This document shows, piece after piece, positions 11,266-21,424 of a stretch of 64,000 nt of DNA. Both the position numbers and the translations under genes were made by a program. Positions within the stretch are counted from its first letter, which is position 1. Every line of letters starts with the position of its first letter. The DNA comes from Polyangiaceae bacterium (GTDB taxonomy: Bacteria; Myxococcota_A; Polyangia; Polyangiales; Polyangiaceae): NCBI GenBank assembly GCA_050287085.1, contig JBNKBE010000005.1, positions 32,001-96,000 on the forward strand, given 5' to 3'. A model generated the notes under the pieces. It made no database searches and was not told the origin of the DNA. It was given only the letters and a program-made list of their open reading frames with translations.

Positions 11266-12159
11266 ATGAGCGTATTGGTCAACAAGAACACCAAAGTAGT
11301 AGTTCAAGGCATTACAGGCGGCGCTGGTTCCTTCCACGCCACCCAATGCATCGCCTACGGCACTCAGGTCGTCGCGGGTTGCACTCCCGGTCGTGGTGGC
11401 GAAGTATTCGAAGCCAAGGATGCGAACGGCAACGGCGTGCAGGTGCCGGTATTCAACACCGTCGCTGAAGCCGTCAGCGAGGCGGGTGCCGACACGTCCT
11501 GTATCTTCGTACCCGCGCTGGGTGCAGCTGATGCCATTCTTGAATCGCTATCGGCTGGGTGCAAGCTGGTGATCTGCATCACGGAGCACATTCCCGTCAT
11601 GGACATGATCCGCGTTCGCCGCGCGCTCGAGAGCTATGAGGCGACGCTGATTGGACCGAATTGTCCCGGTATCATTACTCCCGGGGAATGCAAGATCGGC
11701 ATCATGCCCGGGCATATTCACAAGCCCGGTCGCATCGGTGTGGTCTCCCGCTCAGGAACGCTGACGTACGAAGCCGTCGGCCAACTCACCGCGCTCGGGC
11801 TTGGCCAGAGCACCTGCATCGGCATTGGAGGCGACCCCGTTGCGGGACTGGACTTCGTTGATGCGTTGACCCTGTTCAACAACGACCCCGATACGGACGC
11901 CGTGATGATGATGGGTGAGATCGGCGGGACCGCCGAGGAGAACGCCGCAGCCTACATCAAGGCCAATATGAAGAAGCCGGTCGCTGCCTTCATCGCCGGA
12001 ACTACGGCGCCCCCGGGCAAGCGAATGGGGCACGCCGGTGCGATCATCAGTGGTGGCAAGGGTACCGCTGCAGACAAGATCGCCGCATTGGAAGACGCCG
12101 GGGTAAAGGTTGCCGGAACCCCGGCCGAAATGGGGCGAACGCTCCAGAGCCTGCTGTAG
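11266..12159 (+). CDS. sucD: Succinyl-CoA synthetase alpha subunit
   Basis: [38 protein letters not shown] (phospho-His). Confidence 0.98.
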   Translation: MSVLVNKNTKVVVQGITGGAGSFHATQCIAYGTQVVAGCTPGRGGEVFEAKDANGNGVQVPVFNTVAEAVSEAGADTSCIFVPALGAADAILESLSAGCKLVICITEHIPVMDMIRVRRALESYEATLIGPNCPGIITPGECKIGIMPGHIHKPGRIGVVSRSGTLTYEAVGQLTALGLGQSTCIGIGGDPVAGLDFVDALTLFNNDPDTDAVMMMGEIGGTAEENAAAYIKANMKKPVAAFIAGTTAPPGKRMGHAGAIISGGKGTAADKIAALEDAGVKVAGTPAEMGRTLQSLL

Positions 12160-12171
12160 GTCTCAACGCTC

Positions 12172-12214
12172 CAACGTGGCGCGCGCGTCGGATTGGACCG
12201 CACGCGTCACGTTG
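12172..12214 (+). terminator. Stem-loop downstream of sucD
   Basis: caacgtggcgcg ... cgcgtcacgttg form a 12-bp inverted repeat starting 13 nt after the stop codon. Confidence 0.45.
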
Positions 12215-12390
12215 TTATGACTCGCTAGCGCCTGGTCCGGCGGCTCGCCAGTGGCTTGCGGGACGTTCAAAAGTGGCGCACGCTTGCGGTGGAGGCGTTC
12301 GCAAACGCCCCAATGTCACAATCATAATACGGGCAGCCAGCAATACGGGCCGCCAGCAGAGCACAGACTCTGCACCCCCGGGAGGTCGCA

Positions 12391-12822
12391 TTGGCCATCG
12401 AGAGAACGCTCTGCATCATCAAACCACTGGCCGTGAAGAACGGCTCGTACGGCCCGATTCTGACGCGGATAGTGCACGACGGATTCGAGCTCCTTGCGCT
12501 GCGCAAACTGCAGCTAAGTCCCTCACAAGCCGGAGCCTTCTACGCGGTGCATCGTCAGCGCCCATTCTTTGACGACCTCGTGGCATTCATGTGCAGTGGG
12601 CCAGTGATAGCGGCAGCCCTTTCGGCAGAAAACGCCGTCGCTCACTGGCGAGAACTGATCGGAGCCACCGACCCTGCCAAGGCTGCGAGCGACACGCTGC
12701 GGAAGCTTTACGGCACCGATCTGGGTCGCAACGCCGTACACGGCTCTGATTCCGTCGAGAACGGGCTTCGCGAAACGGCGTTCTTTTTTAACGGCTATGA
12801 GCTTGGGCAGGAGCTGAGCTGA
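12391..12822 (+). CDS. ndk: Nucleoside diphosphate kinase
   Basis: MAIERTLCIIKP, FYAVH..RPFF, SGPV, NAVHGSDS (catalytic His); TTG start with a GGAGG Shine-Dalgarno. Confidence 0.96.
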   Translation: MAIERTLCIIKPLAVKNGSYGPILTRIVHDGFELLALRKLQLSPSQAGAFYAVHRQRPFFDDLVAFMCSGPVIAAALSAENAVAHWRELIGATDPAKAASDTLRKLYGTDLGRNAVHGSDSVENGLRETAFFFNGYELGQELS

Positions 12823-12881
12823 CGCCGGCGCCGAGCTCCGTAGGTGGCGGCCCGTAGCACGATGCTCCCCCGGATCGACTC

Positions 12882-13676
12882 ATGACCCAGGACACTCCTT
12901 CCTCGCGGAGTGCCTTAGGCACCATGCGGAATGGCCTCGGGGCGCTGACCAATCTGCGACAACTGCTTTCTGCACGCCACATTGGCCCGCAGAAGATTGA
13001 AGCCGTTCTACCTGACGTACGCCAGGGGACCAGCAGCATGTTGAGTGCTTCGGAGACACTGCTGGCACGCGATGTCAGCTCTTCCGTCGAAGCCGGGTTC
13101 ATTAAGAGAGTAGTAGCCAAGACGCTGCTCGATCTCGACGGAACCCTACAACGGGCAGCGAGTGGGCGCCGTCTCGGCGCCGGCGCGCGACTGAAACTCG
13201 AGCGCGCCGTCGATCACGCCGAGGTCGCACTATCCAGTGTGATGCTGCTCTTCGAAGTGCTCGCAACCCAGGTCAGCGAGTGCCGCGCCGTCGACCTCAA
13301 TGAGCTCGTCCAGCAGAGTCGTTCCGGAGATGCCGCGACCACCCCGCGTTCGGAGGGCACCACCGTGCTCTTGTCGAGCGAGGGATCCGCCCGAATGCGT
13401 TCGACACCGAGAGCCGCGCTGGCCTTGTTATGCCTCGGTGCCGCGGCAGCGCATTGCCCATCACCCTTGGAACTGACGCTGACGCCGGGCCTCGCACGCT
13501 TCTGCCAGGCGAGCCACGGCCGCGCCGGCGTGGGCAGCAATAGCACTGCCACTCTTCTGCTGCCCCCCACGACGCAAGCGACTGGCCCCGCTTTCTCACT
13601 TGCGGCCCGCGTCTTTGGACTGGAAGCGCGCTGCGACGTCGGATCTGCGGTGATCCTGCTGCACGCCGCTCCCTGA
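12882..13676 (+). CDS. Hypothetical protein, possibly a degenerate sensor-kinase-like fold
   Basis: 264-aa ORF filling the ndk-dapD gap, co-directional. Helical N-half plus a VDLNELV segment; no intact H/N/G boxes. Confidence 0.55.
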   Translation: MTQDTPSSRSALGTMRNGLGALTNLRQLLSARHIGPQKIEAVLPDVRQGTSSMLSASETLLARDVSSSVEAGFIKRVVAKTLLDLDGTLQRAASGRRLGAGARLKLERAVDHAEVALSSVMLLFEVLATQVSECRAVDLNELVQQSRSGDAATTPRSEGTTVLLSSEGSARMRSTPRAALALLCLGAAAAHCPSPLELTLTPGLARFCQASHGRAGVGSNSTATLLLPPTTQATGPAFSLAARVFGLEARCDVGSAVILLHAAP

Positions 13677-13719
13677 AACGCCTTGCGAGCCTGGGCTTTG
13701 ACCGTTACACCCAGCGACC

Positions 13720-14544
13720 ATGACAGATTCGAAACGCCAAGAGCTGGTAGAAGCCGCGTTTGCGAACCGCGAGTTGCTCAAGGATCAAGCGTACGAGAAC
13801 GCAGTCCTTGCGACCGTGGCAGACCTTGATGCTGGCCGGCTGCGGGTCGCAACACAGAACGGCCCCGGAGACTGGACCACACACGCGTGGATCAAGCAGG
13901 CGGTGTTACTCTATTTCGGGATCCGCAAGATGGAGCGCCTGGAATGTGCGCCTTTCGAGTTTTACGACAAGGTCCCTTTGAAATCGAAACTCGATGAAGC
14001 TGGCGTGCGGGTGGTTCCTCCGGGTACCTGCCGCTATGGCAGCTTCCTCGAACCGGGTTGCGTGGTAATGCCAGGCTACGTGAACATTGGTGCCTACGTC
14101 GGAGCTGGCACCATGGTCGATACTTGGGCGACGGTCGGTTCTTGCGCCCAGATCGGTAAACACGTCCACCTTTCAGGTGGGGTTGGTATCGGAGGCGTGC
14201 TCGAGCCGCCAGGAGCCCAGCCGGTGATCGTGGAAGACGGGGCGTTCATCGGTTCGCGCTGCATCATCGTAGAGGGGATGCTGGTTGAGTCGGAAGCCGT
14301 TATCGGAGCAGGTGTCACACTGACTGCGTCCACGGTGATCTTGGACGTATCTGGGGCCGAGCCCAAAGAGTACCGTGGACGCATCCCGGCGCGGTCAGTG
14401 GTGATTCCCGGAACACGCACCAAGCGATTCCCTGCGGGAGAGTTCAACGTGCCCTGCGCGCTGATCATTGGTGAACGCAGGCCCTCGACCGACAAGAAGA
14501 CCTCTCTCAACGCTGCCCTGCGCGATTTTGGCGTAGCGGTCTAA
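13720..14544 (+). CDS. dapD: Tetrahydrodipicolinate N-succinyltransferase
   Basis: WIKQAVLLYF, YDKVPLK, YVNIGAYVGAGTMVDTWATVGSCAQIG, HLSGGVGIGGVLEP. Confidence 0.97.
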   Translation: MTDSKRQELVEAAFANRELLKDQAYENAVLATVADLDAGRLRVATQNGPGDWTTHAWIKQAVLLYFGIRKMERLECAPFEFYDKVPLKSKLDEAGVRVVPPGTCRYGSFLEPGCVVMPGYVNIGAYVGAGTMVDTWATVGSCAQIGKHVHLSGGVGIGGVLEPPGAQPVIVEDGAFIGSRCIIVEGMLVESEAVIGAGVTLTASTVILDVSGAEPKEYRGRIPARSVVIPGTRTKRFPAGEFNVPCALIIGERRPSTDKKTSLNAALRDFGVAV

Positions 14545-14550
14545 TACGCC

Positions 14551-15210
14551 GTGTGTGCTTCGTCGACGGCCTCGCATTCGCGCGCATCGAAGACCGGGCT
14601 CGGAACTCTCCGGCGCCTAGGCGGATTGCGCGGCCGCCCTCGTAGCCTGCTCGTGTTCGTCTTTGCGCTTGGCTGCGAGCCGCGGTCGGTGCCAGAGCGT
14701 GACACCGTCGGGGGGCCTGCCACCGCCACCCTGCCTGCCCCGCAATCGTTGCTAACGCCGAAGGGCCTCAGACCAGCCCTCGAGGTGTTGATGCAGCAGG
14801 TGTCTCGCTCTGGACGACTGCTGAGCCTCACGGCACTTCATGGCCAAGTGATTTTGCAACTGCAGAGCCCCGAGCACCCATCCGAAGTGCTTGAATACCG
14901 CTATCGCTACGACGGAAAGCTCATCGGTCCGGGACCGGTCACGCTCCTTGGTACGGGCAAACTGCAAGAAAACCTCTTCCCTCGCAGCGCGGCAGCGCCA
15001 ATGATCGCCATTGAGGTGTTGGAACACATCGCGAGCGATCCCTCGACGCGCGACCTGGTTCTCAAGAAGCTCGTCATGCAGCGCAATCTGCCTCGCTCCA
15101 GGGACATTCAATTCCGCCTCTATTTCAAGGGCACGAAGAGTGATCTCGTCGTCGCCGCCGACAAGCGAGGTCGCGTGTTGGGCCCCCCCGTGCCCGTGGG
15201 CGAGGAGTAG
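14551..15210 (+). CDS. Hypothetical lipoprotein
   Basis: Basic N-region, hydrophobic stretch and lipobox-like FALGC. Start uncertain. Confidence 0.6.
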   Translation: MCASSTASHSRASKTGLGTLRRLGGLRGRPRSLLVFVFALGCEPRSVPERDTVGGPATATLPAPQSLLTPKGLRPALEVLMQQVSRSGRLLSLTALHGQVILQLQSPEHPSEVLEYRYRYDGKLIGPGPVTLLGTGKLQENLFPRSAAAPMIAIEVLEHIASDPSTRDLVLKKLVMQRNLPRSRDIQFRLYFKGTKSDLVVAADKRGRVLGPPVPVGEE

Positions 15211-15232
15211 CACTCCTCGTTTCCGGGGCCCT

Positions 15233-16648
15233 TCAGTAGGCGTTCTTGTCGCGCAAGACGCGAAAGACCGTCTTGAAGATGATCTCCAGGTCCCAGCTCA
15301 GATTCCAGTTCTCGATGTAGTCGAGATCGTAGTGAACCCGGGCGCGCATCTTGTCGACGGTGTCGGTTTCACCACGGAGACCGTTAACCTGTGCCCAACC
15401 GGTGATACCAGGCTTGACCTTGTGGCGAAGCATATACCCGTGGATCAGCGCGCGGTAGGATTCGTTGTGCGCGACCGCGTGGGGGCGAGGCCCTACAATC
15501 GACATGTCTCCACGCAACACGTTGATAAACTGGGGCAACTCGTCAAGTGAGGTGGAACGCAGAAACGCTCCAACCCTCGTGATGCGCTTGTCACCACGTT
15601 GCGCCTGCTTGACGACGTTGCCGTCGTCCTGCGTGGTCATGCTCCGAAACTTGAGAACCTTGATGGGCTTGCTGTTGAGCCCATAGCGCGTTTGAGCAAA
15701 AAATACCGGTCCCGGAGAGCTCAGCTTGACGGCAATGGCGCACGCCAGCATCACCGGTGATATCAAGATCAGAATGAGACCTCCCAGTATTAGGTCCTCA
15801 GCCCGTTTGGCGAGTCTGGCCATCCCCTGGAAGGGGGTATCGAACACGCTGACGGTAGGTACCTCGCCCACGGTAACCCAGCGGGCATGCAGCAGGTCGA
15901 ATACGGAGAAGTCCGTGACCAATTGCACGGTCGCCGTCGTATCGGCTAGCGCGGCCACAGTCTCCGAGATGCGTGCCTCCGCTTTGAGCGGCAGCGCAAT
16001 GTACACGTAGTCCAGCTTTCCGGCCTTCGCGTCCGCAACCGCATCGCTGATATCACCCACGAGCTCACCGTCCCCCAAGAACTGACGGCAGCGTTCGCTG
16101 CTGCGGGCGTCGTAGAAGCCAGCCAAACGAATACCCAGGGAAGGATCTTCGAGCTGTTCCTTGAGGCGCACACCGGAGGCGGTCGCTCCGATGATACCCG
16201 CCGTCCGCGTATTGGCGCCGCGCACGCGCATCGAGCCCAGCACGACCCGTTTGATCACACGAACAACCAGCAAACACACGATGGTGCCGCCAAACCACCC
16301 GATGTTGACCAGTCGCGAGTATTCGGCGGCCGTCTTGGACGCGAAGACCCAAATTAGCAGAGGCGGTGCCACCATCAGCCAGCTCCACAGACCGGCCCGC
16401 AGCTCCTCGCGAACGGCCGTGCCTCGCCAGGATCGGTAGATACCGTTGACTTCACCCACCACGGAGAAGATCAGCAGCGCCACTAGCGTGACGACCGTGT
16501 CTGAATTGTCCCAGGGCTTGGGGTAGAGCACACACGCCAGGTACCGTGCGGCGCCCACGACGCAGATGTCCGCCAGGCGCTGCACCGCCGCTACCACCCC
16601 ACCATAGGGCCTGAGTCGTCCGCGCGATGCCGTTCTTACAGGTGTCAC
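15233..16648 (-). CDS. wcaJ: Undecaprenyl-phosphate glucose phosphotransferase (priming glycosyltransferase)
   Basis: Several TM helices, then KFRSM, DKRITRVGAFLRSTSLDELPQFINVLRGDMSIVGPRP, KPGITGWAQVNG. GTG at 16648 has GGAGG 7 nt upstream. Confidence 0.92.
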   Translation of the reverse strand: MTPVRTASRGRLRPYGGVVAAVQRLADICVVGAARYLACVLYPKPWDNSDTVVTLVALLIFSVVGEVNGIYRSWRGTAVREELRAGLWSWLMVAPPLLIWVFASKTAAEYSRLVNIGWFGGTIVCLLVVRVIKRVVLGSMRVRGANTRTAGIIGATASGVRLKEQLEDPSLGIRLAGFYDARSSERCRQFLGDGELVGDISDAVADAKAGKLDYVYIALPLKAEARISETVAALADTTATVQLVTDFSVFDLLHARWVTVGEVPTVSVFDTPFQGMARLAKRAEDLILGGLILILISPVMLACAIAVKLSSPGPVFFAQTRYGLNSKPIKVLKFRSMTTQDDGNVVKQAQRGDKRITRVGAFLRSTSLDELPQFINVLRGDMSIVGPRPHAVAHNESYRALIHGYMLRHKVKPGITGWAQVNGLRGETDTVDKMRARVHYDLDYIENWNLSWDLEIIFKTVFRVLRDKNAY

Positions 16649-16849
16649 TACAGGGCCTCCGTCGCCTGGCTTAGCATATGCCCAAGGCCTGCCGCGACGG
16701 TGTGACAAAAATGTTCACCGAGCGTCGGAGCGTGCCGGATCGGTGCATCTCTGGATTCTGAGCTCTGGGGTTGGCTCCGCGCAGCGCGGAGCTCGGCGGC
16801 AATAGCCCCAAGCCTACGCGCCGGGAGCTTGCTTCCGCCCCCAGGCGGC

Positions 16850-17620
16850 CTAGCGCTGTAATCGAGCTCGCATGGCGTGGCCCATGAGCGTGAAGAAGAA
16901 TGGCAAGTCGTGGCACAGATAACGCTCCGCCAGGCGGTGGGGCTCCTGAGCCAAACGATGAAGCCATTCTAGGCCCAACGACTGCAGCAGACGGGGCGCG
17001 CGCGGAACATCCCCGGCGAGAAATCCGAACGTGCCCCCGACACCCACCATGACGGCCCGGCATCCTCGCTGGCGGAGGGCCGCGATGACCGCCTCCTGCT
17101 TCGGTGAGCCGAGACCGACTAGGACGACGCCGGGAGCTCTGGCCTGCAGCACTTCCACGACCGGATCCAGCTCCCCCTTTGTGGGCGGATTGGAAAAGCG
17201 AGCCCCTGAATCGGCCGTTATCTCAATCCCGTCGTAGCGTTTGGCCAGCGCCGCCGCCGCTCGCTCGGCCGTGCCCGGAGCGCCGCCGAGAAAGTAGAGC
17301 GACCACCCACGACGCCAACAGCCCTCGATGAGGTGCTGACTCAGTGTAGAGCCGGCAACCCGCTCCGGGATTGGAGTGCCCGCGAGGCGCGCCGCCCACA
17401 CCAGGGGCATGCCGTCCGCAACACAAAGATCCGACTGCTGATACACCTCACGCGCCCGATCATCGGTTGCGAAGATACGAAGGATATCGAGATTAGCCGT
17501 GAGCACGGTGGCACCAGGGGTGCTCTCGTCTTGCTTCGCGAATAGGTGCTCGACCAGTTCGGCCTCCCGAAAGGGATCGACTTGCATGCCCATCAGGTCT
17601 ACGCGCGAGCGCTCGTTCAT
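16850..17620 (-). CDS. WecB/TagA/CpsF family glycosyltransferase (GT26)
   Basis: TANLD, ADGMPLVW, ERVAGS, VGLGSPKQE, GVGG, LGLEWLHRLAQEPHRL. Confidence 0.93.
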   Translation of the reverse strand: MNERSRVDLMGMQVDPFREAELVEHLFAKQDESTPGATVLTANLDILRIFATDDRAREVYQQSDLCVADGMPLVWAARLAGTPIPERVAGSTLSQHLIEGCWRRGWSLYFLGGAPGTAERAAAALAKRYDGIEITADSGARFSNPPTKGELDPVVEVLQARAPGVVLVGLGSPKQEAVIAALRQRGCRAVMVGVGGTFGFLAGDVPRAPRLLQSLGLEWLHRLAQEPHRLAERYLCHDLPFFFTLMGHAMRARLQR

Positions 17621-17651
17621 GGCGGCACCGTTGCCTCGAACGGCATGCGCG

Positions 17652-17976
17652 TCAAGGTCTCTCCGGCCAACGACGTCGATGATCGCCGATCGTCACCCTG
17701 TCGGTCACCCCCGCGCCAGCCCCTATCCACACGTCCCGCCCAACGACAATGCCTTCCGACCGCACGGGCTGCGCGGAGATGGGTCGCTCCGCTGCGATCC
17801 CGTGCTCAAACGCAAACAGCCTCGCTTGGGCGCCGATCCGAGTGCCCTCCCCGATCCGAACGCCGCGCGCGCCGCCATCCATGACAACGCCCACGTTGAA
17901 GCTGACACCGCCGCCAGCGTGGAGCGGCCCGTGACTTATGCCGCTCCTGGTATTCCGCCGAGAGCGTGCTCACCAC
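17652..17976 (-). pseudogene. Hexapeptide-repeat O-acyltransferase remnant with apparent internal deletions and a frameshift
   Basis: One frame gives MSTLSAEYQERHKSR. Another frame gives HGPLHAGGGVSFNVGVVMDGGARGVRIGEGTRIG...FAFEHG...GIVVGRDVWIGAGAGVTDRVTIGDH then RRRWPERP*. The expected GAVVTRDV...GxPAR tail is missing. Confidence 0.72.
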
Positions 17977-17979
17977 GAT

Positions 17980-19116
17980 CTAATCTCGAGCTGGCTCTTG
18001 CTGCGTGCTGCAGTGGATAGTGCCTAGACCAAGCACCAGGTCCCGGCAAAAGACCCCCACGACCCGTCGCGTCGGAAATAGCTCCTGTAGGATCCCCAGC
18101 GCCTCGGCATCGCAGGGATCGTTGAACACGGGCACGAGCACGATGCCATTGGCGATGTAGAAGTTCGCGTAGCTCGCGGGCAAGCGTTCACCGTCGCAGA
18201 CGACCGGGCCGGGCATGGGCAGCGCAATGACGTCCAAGCGCCGACCACAAGCGTCGGTCGCTCCTCGCAGTTGCTCCTGGGCCCGCTGAAGTGGCGCATA
18301 GTTTACGTCCGTCGAATCAGACTCACTGGCGCAAACGACAACGCCAGGGCGGACGAAGCGTGCAAAGTCGTCCACGTGCCCCGACGTGTCGTCTCCTGCC
18401 ACGCCATCATCAAGCCAAACGAACTTCTTGACGCCCAGCGCTCCTTGCAAGGTCTCTTCGATAGCCTGCTGGCTTGCCCCGGGGTTGCGCGCGAAGCGCG
18501 TCCCAAGCAAACACGCGCGCGTGGTGAGCAATGTCCCCTCCCCATCTACGTCAATGGCGCCCCCTTCGAGGACCATGGGCGCGGGCCCGGAGCCTGCTTC
18601 TACCACCGGATAGTCGGCTACGTCCGCGAAGCGTTCAGCCACAAGTCGCCCCGCCGTGTCGTCCAGCGCGTGGTCGTCGTAGCGAGCCCAGCCGTTGAAG
18701 CGGAACTTCGCAGCGCCCAGCCGCTGCGAATCGCTTCGATGCTTGAGAAAGCTTGGCAAGTTGTCCCGCGCCCAGGTCCGATTGGTGGCGGCATGAACGA
18801 AGTCGACCTGGGAGAGATCGAGCCCAACCCGTCCCAATTGAACGCGGCAACGCTCTTCAACAGCTCCGCTGGAAACAATGAGCCGAACACGCTCGTGAAC
18901 CGTCAGCAGGCGAATGAGTTCACAATACACCCAACGAACGGCCTCCAACTTGCCGGGAAAGTCGTCGCTTTCGGGCCAGATGAGCCAGGTGGCCGCGTGG
19001 GGACTCCATTCGGCCGGCATGTAGAACCCGCGCTCGCTCAGCACGCGCTGATCGCCATCAACCCTCGACGTCATTGCAACTCCTTCTGCCACTGCTTCGC
19101 GCACCGTTGCCGTCAC
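17980..19116 (-). CDS. aguA: Agmatine deiminase (peptidylarginine deiminase family)
   Basis: MPAEW, WARD, FNGW, LEGGAIDVDGEG, DDTSGHVD, SYANF, GTIHCSTQQEP (catalytic Cys). Confidence 0.94.
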   Translation of the reverse strand: MTATVREAVAEGVAMTSRVDGDQRVLSERGFYMPAEWSPHAATWLIWPESDDFPGKLEAVRWVYCELIRLLTVHERVRLIVSSGAVEERCRVQLGRVGLDLSQVDFVHAATNRTWARDNLPSFLKHRSDSQRLGAAKFRFNGWARYDDHALDDTAGRLVAERFADVADYPVVEAGSGPAPMVLEGGAIDVDGEGTLLTTRACLLGTRFARNPGASQQAIEETLQGALGVKKFVWLDDGVAGDDTSGHVDDFARFVRPGVVVCASESDSTDVNYAPLQRAQEQLRGATDACGRRLDVIALPMPGPVVCDGERLPASYANFYIANGIVLVPVFNDPCDAEALGILQELFPTRRVVGVFCRDLVLGLGTIHCSTQQEPARD

Positions 19117-20000
19117 GTGCCGTCGCGGCCGAAACGCCGTGTCAGCGCACCGTATTCGTCCACCCGCCGGTCGCGAAGGAACGGCCAGGTACGGCGAGTT
19201 TCTCCGATCAGCCCTAGATCACAATCGGCGAGGAGAACAGCCTGCTCCTGCCCCGCCTGCGCCAGGATGCGGCCCTGGGGGTCACAGATGAAGCTGTGCC
19301 CCCAGAACTCGATCTCGCCTCGCTCCGAGCTTTCGACTCCAATGCGATTGGCCGACACGGTGAAGACCCCGTTGGCGATCGCGTGTGAGCGCTGGATGGT
19401 CTGCCACGCCGAGAGCTGGTCGGCGCCGAACTCTGCCTTCTCATCCGGAAGCCAACCGATGGCGGTGGGGTAAAAGAGGAGCTCAGCCCCCAAGAGGGCC
19501 GTCAACCTCGCTGCCTCGGGATACCACTGGTCCCAGCAGATCAGCGGCCCCAGCACCGCATCACCGGCGCGCACCGCCATGAAGCCGCGATCGCCTGGAG
19601 CGAAGTAGTACTTCTCCTCGAACTGCGGATCGTGCGGAATATGCATCTTGCGGTAGACACCCAGGAGCTCGCCGTTCGCTCCACATAGGGCCAGGCTGTT
19701 GTAGTAGAGGCCCGGCGCCTCCTGCTCGAAGAAGCCAGCCAACAAGGTGATGCCAAGCTCGCGCGACAAAGCGCGCATCCGCGTTATCAGCGGTCCAGAA
19801 GCCGGCTGGGCCAAGGCGAAGCGCCGCTCGTCCAACGTCTGGCAAAAATAGACGGATGCAAAAAGCTCCGGCAGGAGCACGATCTGGGCCCCCTTGCTGG
19901 CCGCCTGCCGAACGAGGGCGCTAGCGCATGCGACATTTGCTTCAACGTCTTCGCCGCACGCGTATTGCACGAGACCAACTCGAACGCTCCGCTGAGCCAT
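19113..20000 (-). CDS. aguB: N-carbamoylputrescine amidase (carbon-nitrogen hydrolase)
   Basis: Catalytic E-K-C triad in LPELF, YRKMHIPHDP and ICWDQWYPE, plus YPTAIGW and WPFLRDRR. Start at ATG 20000; stop overlaps the aguA start. Confidence 0.92.
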   Translation of the reverse strand: MAQRSVRVGLVQYACGEDVEANVACASALVRQAASKGAQIVLLPELFASVYFCQTLDERRFALAQPASGPLITRMRALSRELGITLLAGFFEQEAPGLYYNSLALCGANGELLGVYRKMHIPHDPQFEEKYYFAPGDRGFMAVRAGDAVLGPLICWDQWYPEAARLTALLGAELLFYPTAIGWLPDEKAEFGADQLSAWQTIQRSHAIANGVFTVSANRIGVESSERGEIEFWGHSFICDPQGRILAQAGQEQAVLLADCDLGLIGETRRTWPFLRDRRVDEYGALTRRFGRDGT

Positions 20001-20326
20001 GCAGCTCCCTATCGCGATCCCGCGCGGCGGGCGAGTGCGAAGCGCGAAGCGAGCCCGGCGATCAGACCACGGGCCGATCCTCATAGCCGCCCTCAACGAG
20101 GTGCTCATCGCACAGGGCCCGCGGATGAAGAAGTCGTCGCCAGCCCGTCCGCCCCAGCAAGATGACGGCCGAACCCCAAACCGCTCGGAGCGAGCAAGCT
20201 CCTCCCCGCTCCTCCGATCAAAGCTTCGGAGTCGAGCGCAGCCGTTGCTCCCGGCCCCAATACGATCTATGAGCCAACCCTTTCGCTGCCCCCAAGCGGC
20301 TCTGCGTCCCCGACGACAATAAGACG

Positions 20327-21397
20327 ATGCTGGTACTGGGAATCGAGACCTCTTGTGACGAAACGGCTGCGGCTGTCGTGGACGGGCTAGGCCATGTACG
20401 CTCCGACGTCGTCCATTCGCAGATAAGTGTGCATGCGCCCTATGGCGGCGTGGTGCCGGAACTCGCATCGCGCGATCACTTGCGCAATGTCCGACCCGTC
20501 GTCGATCAGGCGCTGGTCAACGCGGGCGTGACTCTCTCCGATCTGGACGGCGTTGCGGTAACCTGTCGACCCGGGCTATCGGGCGCCTTGCTCGTGGGAG
20601 CTCAAATGGCGCGGGGCCTATGCTGGTCCGCCGATTTGCCCTTGGTCGGGGTCGATCATCTCGTCGGCCATCTCATGGCTGTGTTCCTGCGGCACCCGGA
20701 CGTCGAGAGCCCACCGCCGCCCGCCTTTCCATTTATCGGCTTGCTAGCGTCAGGCGGCCATACCGCGCTCTATCGAGTCGATGGCCCGGAACTGAGCCAA
20801 ATCTCAGAGCTTGGCGCAACGCGCGACGATGCCGCGGGCGAGGCCTACGACAAGACCGCGAAGTTGCTTGGACTGGGTTATCCGGGTGGACCCATCATCG
20901 ATCGCTTGGCGAGCGAAGGCGATCCGGAGCGCGTTGTCCTCAGCAAGCCGATGCCTCAGCGCGATTCTTTGGAGTTCAGCTTCTCAGGTCTGAAGAGCAA
21001 TGTAGCTCGCTGGGTGAGCGCCAACGGCACGCCGAAAAACGATGAAACCTTGCGCGACCTATGTGCGGCCTTCCAACGGCGCGTTGTCGACGCCCTGCTC
21101 GGAAAAGCCCTCCGCGCGGCGAAACGCGAACGCATCGACACCGTTGTCCTAGGCGGCGGTGTAGCGGCCAATCGCGAGCTCCGCGCCCGAGGTACCGCAT
21201 TGGGGCGCGAAGCGGGTATTCGGGTGGTCTTACCTCCCTTTCGGAGTTGCACCGACAACGCCGCAATGATCGCCTACGCTGGCATCCACCGGCTGAGCGC
21301 CGGCGCAAACGATCTGCTCTCGCTCGAGACCAGCCCTCGCACAGCGCTGCCGCGAGTGACGCGCAAAGGCAAAGGACGACGCGCCGGACTCGCGTGA
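20327..21397 (+). CDS. tsaD: tRNA N6-threonylcarbamoyltransferase TsaD
   Basis: LGIETSCDET, GGVVPELASRDH, HLVGH, SGGHT, DDAAGEAYDK, FSFSGLK, GGVAAN, CTDNAAMI. Confidence 0.98.
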   Translation: MLVLGIETSCDETAAAVVDGLGHVRSDVVHSQISVHAPYGGVVPELASRDHLRNVRPVVDQALVNAGVTLSDLDGVAVTCRPGLSGALLVGAQMARGLCWSADLPLVGVDHLVGHLMAVFLRHPDVESPPPPAFPFIGLLASGGHTALYRVDGPELSQISELGATRDDAAGEAYDKTAKLLGLGYPGGPIIDRLASEGDPERVVLSKPMPQRDSLEFSFSGLKSNVARWVSANGTPKNDETLRDLCAAFQRRVVDALLGKALRAAKRERIDTVVLGGGVAANRELRARGTALGREAGIRVVLPPFRSCTDNAAMIAYAGIHRLSAGANDLLSLETSPRTALPRVTRKGKGRRAGLA

Positions 21398-21424
21398 GGG
21401 CCCCCACTTCTTGCTTTGAGGCTG

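Noticed and set aside
18271..19473. 400-aa + strand ORF, and similar long antisense ORFs (52859-54553, 36263-37171, 21955-22827, 26985-27917)
   Set aside because: Shadow frames opposite well-supported genes, expected at high GC; no recognisable motifs.
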